Positions 37,984 to 51,199 of a stretch of DNA of 64,000 bases are shown piece after piece (the stretch's first letter is position 1; each line of letters starts with the position of its first letter). The translations under genes were made by a program, and so were the position numbers. A model generated the notes under the pieces. The model did no database searches. It saw only the letters and a program-made list of their open reading frames with translations, and was not told the DNA's origin. Source of the DNA: the human T2T-CHM13v2.0 reference genome, Homo sapiens; the NCBI RefSeq assembly GCF_009914755.1, contig NC_060939.1; one strand, written 5' to 3'.

Positions 37984-38683
37984 AAATGCCGAATACTTTA
38001 GTCATATATGCCTGACACTTCAGGGCGTGCAGAACTGCCTCGCTTACTTTTCTTTTGACTCAGTTTATAAATTTTCTTAATTTAAATTTTAATTTCAACA
38101 TGTGTACATCTTTGAAATAAATAAAATAATCTCTTTGAATGTTTGGCATAATGTAGAAGAAATTGACAAATGGATATCTTTACTTCATTTTCCATCTCAA
38201 AATGTGGTAGAAATATGCTCCCCTAAAGTGATCCCAATTATTACATAGCCATCTTGCTGTGGTTAATGTAGAATCTTTTTGCAATATCACATGCATGACA
38301 GGGCACATCCAAAAAACATTTAAGTGAGGATAATACTAGATTCTTGAAAGTATCTAGACACTTAAGAGCAGGCAGTGATGATGTTAATTAACAGTAACAA
38401 TGTCGAGGGACTGGCTTTTGCCCTTCCCTAATAAACATAAAGAGCATAGAAACTCAGCAAATTTGCTCTTATTTTCTTCATTATTTGGTTGTTGAATCAG
38501 TAAATGCTTTCCACAGGGGTCATCTTGTTAGTCATCTTGTCATTTTGCTGTGTCCCTTCTTCATCCTTGCACTTTTTCCTTTCTCCCATTTTGGAATGTA
38601 TTGAGAGGAGTGTTATGTTGATGGAATGCCATGTCCTGACTTGCCATTTGATTAGAACTTCCCTCAATTTTTAACATGCTTCT

Positions 38684-39074
38684 TGATATGGTTTGGATTT
38701 GTGCACCCCTGCATCCCCAATCTGATGTGGAATTGTAATTGCCAGTGTTGGAGGAGAGGCTTAGTAGAAGGTGTTTGCATCATGGAGGTGGTTTCTAATG
38801 GTTTAGCCTCATCCCCCTAGTGCTGTCTGATGATAAAGTTATCCTAAGATCTGCTTGTTTAAAAAGTTAAAAAGCACCTCCCCTGACTCGTTTCAGCCAT
38901 GTGAATATGTGCTTGCTTCCTTTTCACCTTCTGCCATGATTGTAAGTTTCCTGAGGCTTCCCTATAAGCATAAGTCTGTACAGCCCACAGAACTGTGAGC
39001 CAATTCAATCTCTTTTCTTTTTCAATTACCCATTCTCAGGTATGTCTTTATAGCATGTGAGACAGACTAATACA
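38684..39074 (+). mobile_element. MaLR solo LTR (MSTA/MSTB-like)
   Basis: Starts TGATATGGTTTGG, contains CTGCCATGATTGTAAGTTTCCTGAGGC and ends CAGACTAATACA. Confidence 0.9.
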
Positions 39075-39397
39075 CTCATCCTCAGAAAGCATTCAATTTA
39101 GCTGTGTCTAAAGGTATGCCAGCTGTCCTGGGACATTATCTTAGCCAATCATTCTTCCTCTTCAGCAAGATCTATTTGCCTATCACAGCTTGACCACACT
39201 TCCTATCATACCTGTCTGTAACAAGTAGCCTATAACATCTGGAGGGATTTCATTGAAATCACAGAGGTTCCTTGGTTCTTTACTTTATTAGCAGGCATTA
39301 GGAAAGCACATCAACTTTCTTATTTAATAAAGTGCCTGTTGCTTTGAAAAATTGCCCAAAAGAAGAAAAGAGAGGGTTACTTAAAGGTATCACTATA

Positions 39398-39724
39398 GGC
39401 ATGGCATGCTGGTTCACACCTGTAATCCCAGTACTTTGGGAGGCTGAGGAGACAGGATCACCTGAGTCCAGAAGTTCAATACCAGCCTAGGTGACATGGC
39501 AAAACCCCATCTCTACAAAACGAAACAAAACAAATAAAACAAAACAAAATAGAAAAAATATTCAGGCATGGTGGCATGTGCTTGTATTCCCAGTTACTCA
39601 GGAGACTGAGGTGGGAGAATCACTGAGCCCAGGGAGGTTGAGGCTGCAGTGAGCCATGATCATGCTACTCCACTCCAATCTGAGTGACAGAGCAAGACCC
39701 TGTCTCAAAAAAAAAAAAAAAAAA
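39398..39724 (+). mobile_element. AluJ-like element with 15-bp TSD
   Basis: AAAG(G/C)TATCACTATA at 39383-39397 and 39722-39736. Confidence 0.9.
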
Positions 39725-40337
39725 GCTATCACTATACTATCTGTAACTGTTCTTAATTAAGATAACTAGGTTTTTTCCAACAGTGGAAACTCCAAACAGA
39801 CTAAATTGTTGTACATCAAGGTGAATTGTCATAGTTAATTCCTTTGCTTGCAACTGCCCAATAAATGGATGAGGACTCACTTCACCAATAAATAAGAAAG
39901 GTGAACAGCACATGGGGCCTGTAGATGCCTTTTGCAGGGCCCTCTTTTAATCTTCCTAAAGTTGCAATTTGCATATTTCTGTAGATGGGCACATCATAGA
40001 AGCTGTCATCCTAGATCAGAGCCTGGAGAGAGAGATACAAGTGTCATGCTTAAATCTGCAGAGTAGGAACAAGCCCAGAGAAATCAAGATGATTAAGCAG
40101 AGAGTTTCCATACTGGAGATAAACCAGCTGTGTAAAAAGTCATGCTTATTGAACAAAAAAGCATTGCACCGCCGAAATAACTGCTTTAACTAAGAAGTAA
40201 AGAACTGACACCCCAACAGAGCACAGAGAGCCACATAGACAGGAGCTGCATTTCAAACAAGGTCATTGCTGTTTTCCCCACTCTGAGTTAAGTGTCTCTG
40301 CTTCACCCTTCCTTACCAAAGTTCTGCTTGATCATCC

Positions 40338-40368
<31 letters not shown>

Positions 40369-40485
40369 GTACTTCCCTTCTTTGAGAAAATATAAACCAA
40401 AATTTTACATAAAACAGGAATTCAGCTTTTGACAATGTTAGCCATTGAAACAACAACAAAAAAGGTTTCTATTATTTCTCATCTC

Positions 40486-40690
40486 TGTGCTATCCAGTGC
40501 AGTAGCCAATAGCCACAGGTGACTATTAAAATTAAAATTAATTCAAATAAAACAAAATTTAACATTAGCTGGTCAGTTGTACTAGCCACATCTCAATTAC
40601 TCAATAGCCACATGTGGCTAGTGGCTACTGAACTAGGCAGCATGAATGTAGAACATTTTCATCATCATAATTTTCTAGGTCATGGAAAAA
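40486..40690. mobile_element. MER3-like hAT-Charlie non-autonomous DNA transposon
   Basis: Palindromic TAGCCACATGTGGCTAGTGGCTAC motifs around an AT-rich centre. Confidence 0.75.
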
Positions 40691-41719
40691 TTACAGAACT
40701 CAATTTCCAGTGTGCACATTTATTTGCATACCTAGGAGCTTTCTGACCCTGTGTTGAGCTGCCTAACCAGCTTCCTGATTGACCTCCTGATATTTCTGCA
40801 AATGTGGACTAAGAGGCCAGGATTCCTCAGGGCCCAGGTGACTCAGGTTATTCAGAAACTATGTTTGGACTAGCAGGCCTCTACTTGATTTGGGATGCGA
40901 AATGGGACTTCTCTTCCTAATTGCTAAAATAGATTTCAAGGTTCACCTCTCATCGCGGTAAGAGTCTCATTTCCTGAGACTCTTATTTCTTTCCATGACT
41001 TATGGTATATTCTGGAGAGAGTGGATTCACACAGAAGAGCTGGCTCTGTGCTGGTTTTCCAGGGGTCAGCCCCCTTGTCAGTGACAAGCCTGCCTATCTA
41101 CATGATGTACATTATGTCCCACTACTGGTAATAGAAGCTCAGCAATTGATTGACTGTTAGGTTATTTTCAAAGCTCAGTATTCACAATAATCTAACAGAC
41201 ACCCACACAACCACAAGGACAGACAAGGCTCTCATAACCTGCAAAAGACAAGGTGCACATTTCTTCTTTCCATCCCAGCAACAAATTGCCAAACCAGCCA
41301 GCACTTAAGTTGGGGTAAAAATTAATTAAAAGAAGAACCTACCAATGTAGATAAAAGAACAGAAAAGCTATTGCAGCTGTCTTCTCCATAACAGAGGCCT
41401 GTGATTTGAATTTTAATGTTTCAATCTACTTTCTGCTCTTGTGTTTATTTTATTATTTATTTTTTGTCACTATCTCTTATTTGTAGATACAAATTTTTCA
41501 TATTTAAAAGCTATTTTAAATATAATCTTTAAAAGGAGAAACATTATTTTTTTTAATTGCACAAAATACTGAAGGTGAGATCCACTGATTGGAATGCAAA
41601 ATGGGACAATATCTCTGGAAGCAATTTTATCCAGATAAATCAATAGCTTTAAAACAATTCAAAACCTTGGACCTAATACCTCTACTTCTAGGAAGCTAGC
41701 CTATGAAGGTTTCTGCTGA

Positions 41720-42097
<378 letters not shown>

Positions 42098-42698
42098 AAT
42101 AAGCAACATATTTAAACACTAGAATATTATGCAAACATCCCAGGCATGCTTTGGAAAAACTATTAATCCCACAAAAGATGCTTATGTTATTATACAGACT
42201 AACAGACCAAGATTCTCCAGGACACTTACTATGTTACATGTCTGAAGTACAATATAATGCCATATATAAAATGTAACCTCAACTCAGGCCCCAGTCTTTT
42301 CATCTGGAAAATTCTATTAATTATACTGCCCTTCCCCTTTTTAGGTTTTCTGTAGGAGTTAAATACAATACACTTTGTCAATTGCTTAACACCATGCTCA
42401 ACACTGGTCGGGAAGATATAAATGTCAGCTATTGTACTATGTGCCAAAAAAACAAACAAAAAACCACACAGACAGACACACACACACAAAGACACACACG
42501 GAGGGAGAGGAAGTAAAGATTAAGAAGCAGCACATAATGTTACGGTAGGCAATGGGACCACTAGTGATTTTCATATCCTTTTTTATTTTCTTCTTTATAC
42601 TGCTTACATTTTTCAGTGTATACAATGAGCACGTATTACTTCTGTAACCAGAAGAATGTGGTATAAACCTCACCTTAATATAATAAAACAAAATTACT

Positions 42699-43010
42699 GG
42701 CCAGGAACGGTGTCTCGTGCCTGTAATCCTAGCACTTTGGAAGGCTGAGACTAGTAAATCTCTTGAGCTCAAGAATTTGAAACCAGCCTGAGCAATACAG
42801 TGAGACCTTGTCTCTGCAAAAAATACAAAAATTAGCCAACCATAGTGGTATACAACTGTAGTCCTAAGTTACTTAGGAGGCTAAGGTGGGAGGGTGGCTT
42901 GAGACCAGGAGGTGGCTGCAGTGAGCTGTGATTGCACCACTGCACTCCAGCCTGGGTGAAAAAGCCAGACCCAGTCTTGTACAAAAATAAAAAAAATAAA
43001 AAAAATAAAA
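42699..43010 (+). mobile_element. AluJ-like element
   Basis: GGCCAGGAACGGTGTCTCGTGCCTGTAATCCTAGCACTTTGG...GCACTCCAGCCTGGG plus A-rich tail. Confidence 0.88.
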
Positions 43011-43055
43011 AGTTATTACTTAGATCCCACATGCTGTCTTGGAGCCATTGTAGTG

Positions 43056-43600
43056 TTGCGGGATTCAAGAGACTGGAGAGACCAATGGATGAGACAGGAG
43101 GATTTTATTAAAGTGGCCACTGGCCTAGTAGATTCGCATCCAAAAGGCTGAGCCTGGAACAAAGATGGGGCCTGGTTTTTAAGCATGCAGCTGCGTGAAA
43201 CTCACAGGGTGGGCTTAGCAAGCTTACAGAAGCAGAACAAAGGCAGTTAATCAAACAGTGACAGGTGTATGACTCAAACATGCCTGGTGACCTCTGCTGG
43301 GCCATCCAGCAGGCCCTCAGCAGATGGTTACTATTTTAGGCTTGCTCAGACATGTCTTGTGACCTTCTCAGTGTTGCACAGATGGAAAACAGGAACTTAC
43401 AAAATCCTTACAAACTTACAGAAATAGTTACAAAAATAGTTATGAGAGCAGAGCAAACAGATACTGGCCTAGGAAAGAATCTCAAAGGGGGAAGCTGATA
43501 AGAAGAACTTGTTCTTCTCATCCCTGTTCCTGGAGTCCATTCCTTCTGGGCTCTGCTTGGCCTTGTATATAAAGTTAGCTTAGTCCTAGCAGGGCCTTGA
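43056..43600 (-). mobile_element. Probable ERV LTR fragment
   Basis: Begins TGTTGCGGGA, has a minus-strand AATAAA (TTTATT near 43105) and ERV-LTR-like text; family and right end uncertain. Confidence 0.5.
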
Positions 43601-44909
43601 TGTGAGTCAGCCTGGTACAGGCAGGAATTTAGGTTTTTCTCCTTTTAATTTCGGCTTTAGTAGGCTAGGGTTCTGGTTGCCACTGCTGAGAAAGTAAAGT
43701 GTGTTCAGGCTGTCCATGGTTCTGGGCTCCCCCGGGTCTCTGAGGAGGGCTGTCCCCTCTATCACAGAGAATATCAGGACACTAGCCTGTTCCTAGTTAT
43801 ACTTACACACTCCTCTCATGTTGTCTATGGAGTGGAGGCTGCAGGGAGGGTGACATCCTAGTTAGTCCCAAGTGCCAGACTGCCTGAAGCTCACTGTTAA
43901 CAAGTCCTGCCTTGGAGAAGAAGGAAGGTTGTCTCTGTGAATCTCCCACCTGGGCCAAAGGGAGGCCACTCTCTCCTCTGCCTCTCCCCAACCTTGGTCT
44001 TCTGCACTCCTAGTGAACCTCTCTCCCCCTGCCTACAGGCCTGGAATCTCAAGACCATGATGACCTAGTCACCCCTGAATCCAGGGCTTTCCCTTTACAA
44101 AGGGGAAACTGAGACCTGGAGCAGGGCCGATGTTCAGCCAGCCGATAAGGGAATAGCCGAATTGGTGGTAAAATACTGAAATAGTTCCAGTGTGGATGGA
44201 AAGGGGCCACTGCCCTGAACATCTCTACCCCGCCGCCTCAGCCCATCCTCCAGGACCCTGGGTCAGCACCAGGAGCATCAAAGTGGCCAGGATTGGCTGA
44301 AGCCCATGCTAATGGCTCTGCCAGCCCTTCTCCCCACCAGAGAAGGCAGGGGAAATCAGGCTATCTGGGGGTAGCACTGTGACCGTGTATGCAGTAGTCA
44401 AACCTTGTGTGCCACCATCCCTGACTTTGTTGATAAGGGCATCAGGCTACATCCCTCTGGTACTCAGTGGTAAGCATCTAAAATCTTAAAGAAAAAATTT
44501 AAAAAGCTTTCAAAATATAGGACTTAACATATGAGGCTGCACAAACATCTCTTTAGCAGTTGTCCAACTGGTGCTTCTGGTTCTGCCTCCCCAGAGAGTG
44601 GATGACCTGGGCCACCCTCCACCGCTGCCCTGTAAGGCCATGGGACACACAGCCCATCAGTTCTCTTCACGTGGTCATCCCCCTTTAGATGGGAGAAAAT
44701 ATACCTGCCTCATTTTTGTACCTTCTGTTTGGACATTCCATGACAGAGCTTCACTAAATGTGTGATGAAGAACTGAATGAATGAATGAATGAATATGAGA
44801 GCAAATGAATGAATGGTTTAGATCCTGGGCTGGAAGTCTGTATGAGGATGGTGGGTAGAGGAGAGTGTGTTTTTCTTGCCTTTAAGTCATTACTTGTCAT
44901 TTTGGGGCA

Positions 44910-45120
44910 GGAGCACAGGCTTTGAATGCAGACTGACTGGACTTTAATCCTGGCTTTACTAGTTGTGATTGTGTGACCTTGTACATGTTACTTAAACCCT
45001 CTGTGCCTGTTTCTTTATCTGTAAAATGGAGATAATAAGATGACAAAGGACTGTGGTAAGAATTAAATGCTTAAAAAAATCACAGTTTGTATTAAGTCCT
45101 CAATAGATTGGGTTTAGCAT
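44910..45120 (+). mobile_element. MIR
   Basis: TGTGTGACCTTG...GTTACTTAAACCCTCTGTGCCTGTTTCTTTATCTGTAAAATGGAGATAATAA. Confidence 0.8.
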
Positions 45121-45569
45121 CATGAGTGCATGTGTTTCTGGAACAATGCTCATCTTGGGCTGGATGGTGCCTACACAGAGAAAGACTCTGGCCTCTTCTC
45201 ACTCACATGTATCTGTCTTATGCCTGGTTCCCATTCCCAGATCCTTGGAAGATCCATATTGCTGAAACGGTGAAGGGTGATGGGCACCTCAGGACAACTA
45301 AGTTGCTCCCCAAACATCTTCCCCCGCCCAAACTCTCCTGTGGTCTTTAGCATTTAACAGGAATCTCTGGACACTCCAAGGGGTGATCCTCTCACGGAAG
45401 CCCAGTGGGGAGGAGGCTGCGGGAAAGGTCAGGCACTGTGCACTTCCCTGACAGCTGCAAATGGTTCTGTTTCCAAGCCCACGGGTCACTACAAATAAGG
45501 CAAGTTATATGACATAATAATGTGATTCTTTGGTGCCTCGGTCCACACTGGCACTTTAATACTCCTAGA

Positions 45570-45742
45570 GTGGATTGCATGGTGGTCTATCAAAAGATAT
45601 GTCTACCTGGAACATGTGAATGTACCTTTATTTGGAAAACAATCTGCAGATGTAATTAAATCCAGCACCTCGAGATGAGGGCATCTCATCTTGGATTAGG
45701 ATGGGCCCTAAATCCAATGACAAGTATCCTTATAAGAAAAGC
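45570..45742 (+). mobile_element. MLT1-type MaLR LTR, 5' part only
   Basis: GAATGTACCTTTATTTGGAAA...TGCAGATGTAATTAA...GGATTAGGATGGGCCCTAAATCCAATGACAAGTATCCTTATAAGA. Confidence 0.8.
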
Positions 45743-45746
45743 GGCA

Positions 45747-46026
45747 GGTAGGGCACAGTGGCTCACACATATAATCCCACCACCACCACTGAGGAAGGTC
45801 AAGTTGGGAGGATCGCTTGAACTCCAGGCGTTCAAGACCTGCTGGGCAACATGGTGAGACACTGTCTCTCCAAAATGTATATAAAATATAATAGCCAGAC
45901 ATGATGGCACCCGCCTGCAGTCCCAGCTACCAGCTACTCAGGAGGCTGAGGTGAGACGATAGCTTGAAACTGGGAGGTTGAGGCTTCAGTGAGCTGTGAT
46001 CATGACACTGCCCTCCAGTCTGGGTG
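45747..46026 (+). mobile_element. AluJ-like element truncated just before its 3' end
   Basis: Ends ...CACTGCCCTCCAGTCTGGGTG and runs directly into the GC-rich satellite; no tail or TSD. Confidence 0.85.
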
Positions 46027-49000
46027 GCCCCTGGCCCCTCCACAACCTGCGCTAGAAGAGCTGGGCCCTGGCTCTGGGCATCATGCAGCCTCTGAGGTGG
46101 GGCTGAGTGCCAGTTCCTGCCCTCCTGCAGCTGGGGACCAACACCCTGACTTAGGCGCTGTGGAGGCTTCTGGCCCAAGGGTCCGCACTGCTGGTGGCAC
46201 TGGCAGGGTCGGAGTTTGCCACAGCTGCTGCTGCGCGCCTTGTGCAGGTTACCACTGCAGCTGAACCTACATCAGAGGCAGGCAGGGCTGGTCCCAGACA
46301 GCCTGGGGGTCTCTGAGTGCAGGGCCCTTTCACCCTAGAGTCAGCTCTTTCTTGCCGGAGCCCACAGCGGGGTGTGCAAGCGCTGGGTACAGGGCAGCAG
46401 CCAGGAAATGGCTGAGCGGCCGGCTCCCGCCCTCCTGCAGCTGGGGTCTGACCAGCTGAATTAGCCGGTGGGCGGCGTCTGGCCCTGGGATCCGCCTGGC
46501 TGGTGTAGGAGCCTGGTCTGGGGTTGCCTCCAAGGCTGCTGCGCGCGCCATGTGCAGCTGGCTGCTGCAGCTGGGCCCATCACCTGACAAGGAGTTTCCC
46601 AGACAGCCTCAGGGTCATGGAGTGGACCACTGTCCCAGCCTAGTGTACGCTCTTCTTTTGCCTGCGCCCAGAGTTCCGGGTCGCGGGCACCGGGAACTGT
46701 GCAGCCAAGGTGCTTCGGCCGAGGGCAAAGGTTGCTGCCCTGCTGCAGCTGCTGGGCTGAGTGCCTGAATTAGGCGCTGAGGCGGCGTTGTCCCCGGTGT
46801 CCTGGCTCTTAGTGGTGCAGGCAAAGTGCCCGGTTGCTCTGCTGCTGCGGCGCCCTTGTACAGGTGGCAGCTGTAGCTGAGTTCTCAGTAGACGCCGGCA
46901 GGGTTGGTCCTAGAAAGCGTGAGGATCGCCGAGTGCACCGCCCTCCCAGCCTAGGGTCCACTCTTCCTTGGCCCGAGCCCAGAGCCCGGGGTTTCAGGCG
47001 CTGGGCCCTGTGCAGCTGCCCAGAATATGCTGAGCGGCAGGTTCCCGCCCTGGCAAGGGATCCAGCCGTGGTATCCTCACTGCTGTTGGCGGCGGGCAAG
47101 GTCAGCGGGATTTCCACCGCTGCTGCCGGGAGCCACCTGGCGGTGGTAGCTGCAGCTGAGCGCGTGGCAGAGACCGGCAGGGCTGGTCCCAGACACCCTG
47201 AGGGTCTCTGGGTGCATCGCCCTACCACCCTAGGGTCTGCTCTTCCTTAGCCTGCTCCCAGGACGCGGTGTACGAGCGCTAGACTCTGAGCAGCCTCCAG
47301 GATGGGGCTGAGCGGCGGAGTCCTGCCCTGCTGCAGCTACAGTCTGAATTAGGCGCCACCGCAGTATCTGACCCTGGGGTACGTGCTACTGGTGGCATGG
47401 ACAGAGATGAGGGCTGCCACAGCTGCTATGGGGCTGAGCAGCCGATTTCCGCCCCGCTGCAGCGGGCGACCGCTGCAATCCCCAGCGCTATGGGACCGAC
47501 CACCTGACTTAGATGCCTTGGAGGCATCCGGCCCTAGGGTCTTTGCTGCTGGTGTCTGAGGGCAGGGTCAGGGCTGCCACTACTACTGCCGTGCGCCATG
47601 CGCAGGTGCCAGCTGCAGCTGAGTCCCAGGCAGATGCTGTCAGGGCTGGTCTGAGGTTGCCTAAGGGTGGCTGAGTGCACCGCCCTTCCACCCCAGGGTC
47701 CGTTATTCCTAGGCCGGCGCCCAAATTGCAGGGTCGTGGGCGTTGGACACTGTGCAGCCATGAGGATCTGGTTGGGTGCAGATTCCCGCCCTCCTGCAGC
47801 TGAGAGGCCAACCTCCTAACAGGCGCCGCAGTGACCTCTGGCTCGGCGGTCCGCGCTGCTGCTGGAGCTGGCAGAGACCAGAGCTGCCACCGCTGCTGCT
47901 TCCAGGAGTGTGCAGCTGGCAGCTGCAGCTGAACCCGCAGCGGAGGCTGGAAGGGCTTATTCCAGAAGCCTTGAGGGTCCCCGAATGCACCGCCCTCCCA
48001 CCCTAAGGTCCAGTCTTCCTTGCCCGCTCCCAGAGAGTGGGATTGCAGGCGCTGAGCACAGTGCAGGCGCTGGGATGGGCTAAGCTGCAAGTTTCCGCCC
48101 TCTGGCTGCTGGGGGGCCGACCGCCTGAGTTATGCGCCGCGGCGGCTTTTGGTCATGGGGTCCGCACTGCCGGTGGCTTGCACAGGGTCGGGGGCTGCCA
48201 CAGCTGCTATAGTTCACCATGTGCACGTGGCAGTCGCCCCTGAGCCCACCGCTGAGGCTGCAGGGCTGGTCCGGTCTCAGACGGCCTGAGGGTCATTTGC
48301 CCGCGCCCAGATCCGGGTGGCTGGCGCTGGGCACTGTGCAGCCTCCAGGAATCCGCTGAAGGGCAGGTTCCCGCTCTCCTACAGCTGTGGGCCGACTGCC
48401 TGATTTTGGCCACTAGGTGGAGTCTGTCTCTAGGGTTTCGAGGCCGCTGGTGTCGGCGGGCGGAGTCCGGGTTTGCCACCGCTGCGCGCCATGAGCAGGT
48501 AGCAGTTGCAGCGTAGCTTTAGACAGAGGCTGGCAGGGCTGGCCCCAGACGGCCTGAGGGTCAGGGAGTGCAGGGTCCTCCCACCCTAGGTCCGCTCTTC
48601 CTTTGCCCTTACCAAGAGCGGGTTGTGCGGGCGCTGGGCTCTGTGCAGCCGCCGAGGTGGGGCTGAGCAGCGGATTTCCGCCCTGCTGCAGCTGGAGGAC
48701 GATTACCTGAATTAGCCGCTGAGGCGGCATCTGGCCCTGGGTTACTGCTGCTGGTGACGCGGGCAGGGTCAGGGTTGGTTGCAGTTGGCAGCTGCTGCTA
48801 AACCCATTGCGAGCCTCAGGGTCACCAAGTTCACCGTCCTTTCATCGTAGTGTCTGATCTTTGGCCCGCGCCCAGAGTGAGGACTCGCCTGCGCTGGGGA
48901 TTGCATAGCTTCTGGGGGGCGGTCAGCGCCCGTTTCACGTCCTCCTGCAGCTGCGTGGCCTAAGGTCTTAGGCGCCGCGGCGCTATCTGGCCCTGCTGTC

Positions 49001-49380
49001 CGTGCTGCTGGTGGCGGGGACAGGGTCGAGGGTTGCCGCTGCTGCTCCCGTGCACCATCGGCAGGTGGCAGTTGCAGCTGAGCCCACAACTGAGGCTGTT
49101 GGGGCTGCTCCCAGGTTGTCAGAGGGTCGCCGAGTTCACCGACATGCCACCCTAGGTTACGCTCTTTCTTGGCCCGCAACCAGAGCGCCGGGTTACGAGT
49201 CCTGGGCCCTGTGCAGCCACGGGGATGGTGCTGAGTGCAGGTTCCCGTCTTCCTGAGATGCGGGGCGACCACTGGAATTAGCCTCTGTGGTGGTATCTGA
49301 CCCTAGGGTCCGAGCTGCTGATGGCGTGGGCGGGGTCGAAGTCGCCTCTGTTGCTGTGGCGTGCCATTTGCACTGTCCTC
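46027..49380. repeat. ~300-bp GC-rich degenerate satellite (gamma-satellite-like composition), about 11 units
   Basis: CAGGGCTGGTCCCAGACAGCCTGAGGG-like anchors at ~46283, 46588, 46899, 47178, 47641, 47950, 48261 and 48534; recurrent CCCGCCCTCCTGCAGCTG and CTGAATTAGGCGC motifs. Confidence 0.85.
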
Positions 49381-49965
49381 TGGAACAGGCTGGTCTGTGC
49401 TGTGTATGGTCAGTGGAGTCTTCTCTGGGCATGCTTCACTGATATCTGCTGACATGGCTCATCTTCTCTTTGATTTTGCATGTATTGGCACTCAGTGATG
49501 AAGTTTCTGGTCACCCACTGCCATTTTCCTCTAGCCTCCAAGACCTCACATTCTGAGGCCAGCATGTCCCACCAGGGGCCTCCACTGGTCCTGTCAAACC
49601 AGGTGTGAGTCCCCCTTCCACCAAGCTTGGAGAGACTGGCTTTTCAGACAGCACTCACAGGCTGAGAGTAAGGGAACTGATCTCTCAGGCACTTCCCCCT
49701 GTCCTGCCACTCTGTCATTCCTGGGACACCCTATGTGCACTAGAGAAGTAAGACACCAGCCTGCATATTTTCTCATCTTTCTTTAACTGTCTATTTTTTC
49801 CTATCCATCTGTTTGAGCGAGTCCCAGGAGGATGTTGGGGCTGAATACCTGATCAGAGACACAGGCAGAGCCATAGTCACATCTCCTGGGAACTTTCTTC
49901 TTCCTGTGTAGTTAAAAGCTCTTCTCTTCCTCTTCTTCATAGAAATTCCCCTTACACTAAACCTT

Positions 49966-50508
49966 TGACTAAAGCCATCCCCTCAGTTTGATAAAATTTT
50001 AGACAGGATTATTTCTGATTCTTGGCTCCTCACCTCTTTTTTTCTTTAGCATATTTTAGAAATGTTATCATTGTAAATTCTTTCTCTGCCTCTTTGATAA
50101 ATCTTTCTAAGAGCCCACGTGCCAGTTTTACACTTCAGAAATGTCCATTTCAAGGACCTCAGAGCCATCCCTTTGAAATGTAATTCTCAAAAAAGATAAC
50201 ACCATTATCTCCCAGACTCCATGAGAGAGTAAGAGCCAAATTTTGGTGGGCATATTCCTCTAATTTGTAAAATCACCTTCTGTCATAAAGATAAAAGATA
50301 GTTTAATATTCCTTTGGAAAAAGACAACTATCAAAGACAAGTGGTCTATGATCTCCCCCTCATCCTGGCTCTTAAAATCTCTACTGCTGTTTGTTTCAGC
50401 GGAGCTGAGTTCAGACTAAGTTCTGGCCTCTTTGCCCTTTTGCAATAGTCTTCAATAACAGCTTTTTTATGTGTTTAACTTTGTCTGGTGCAACTGTTTT
50501 CTTTGACA
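49966..50508 (+). mobile_element. ERV1-class solo LTR (MER31/MER67-like)
   Basis: TGAC...TTTGACA termini, CCATCCCTTTGAAATGTAA, and a TGCAATAGTCTTCAATAA poly-A region. Confidence 0.65.
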
Positions 50509-51199
50509 CTTTCCACCCTAACTAGAACTTCCATTAAAGTCATAATAGGATTCAAGGCAGCCAAACTTGACTCACATACGTAAAAAAACTTGTTAGGATT
50601 TAGAAACCCATATTCTCTTCAATAAATTGTTTCTTCAGACTGTTGCCTTATTAAAAGTTTCTAGTTCTTATTTTGGCATTGAAAAGGAGAATACCAATTT
50701 TTAAATAAGTCTCTGCTCACTTTTAATTTCTGCTATCACAATTTTATTGCTTTCCACGGCTGAACAATGAGAAGACCAGAACACAATTTTAAGTTAAATT
50801 TTATTTAATTTTTACCATTACAATTTTATTGCTTTCTCTGACTGAAAAGAGAAAACTCAAACAAAGTAGTCTAGTCTATGAAGTGGACTAGAACAAAGAA
50901 TCACGTCTCATTAATACATTTCAGAAAGTTACCTCCATTTAACATCAATGGTGTCATTTAATATTCTTAACTTTCCTATCAAGTAGATGCTATTATTACC
51001 TCTATTTTATAGGATATTAAGTCTTATATATTATACATAACCAGCTGAAGGTCATGTAGCATGTAGATATGATAGGCATACAAAGAAGCAATGACATTAG
51101 AAGCAGAGGAGGGAGAAGGATTAAAAGGCTATACCTAGGTCGGTTAAGAGAAAAAGAAAAACTAGGAGGAGACAAATTCTTGTTAGAAAAAAATAATGA

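Noticed and set aside
40486-40690. Palindrome resembling a pre-miRNA
   Set aside because: Explained by the terminal inverted repeats of a MER3-type DNA transposon.
46151-49432. Cluster of Ala/Pro-rich ORFs
   Set aside because: Derived from the ~300-bp GC satellite; no consistent frame.
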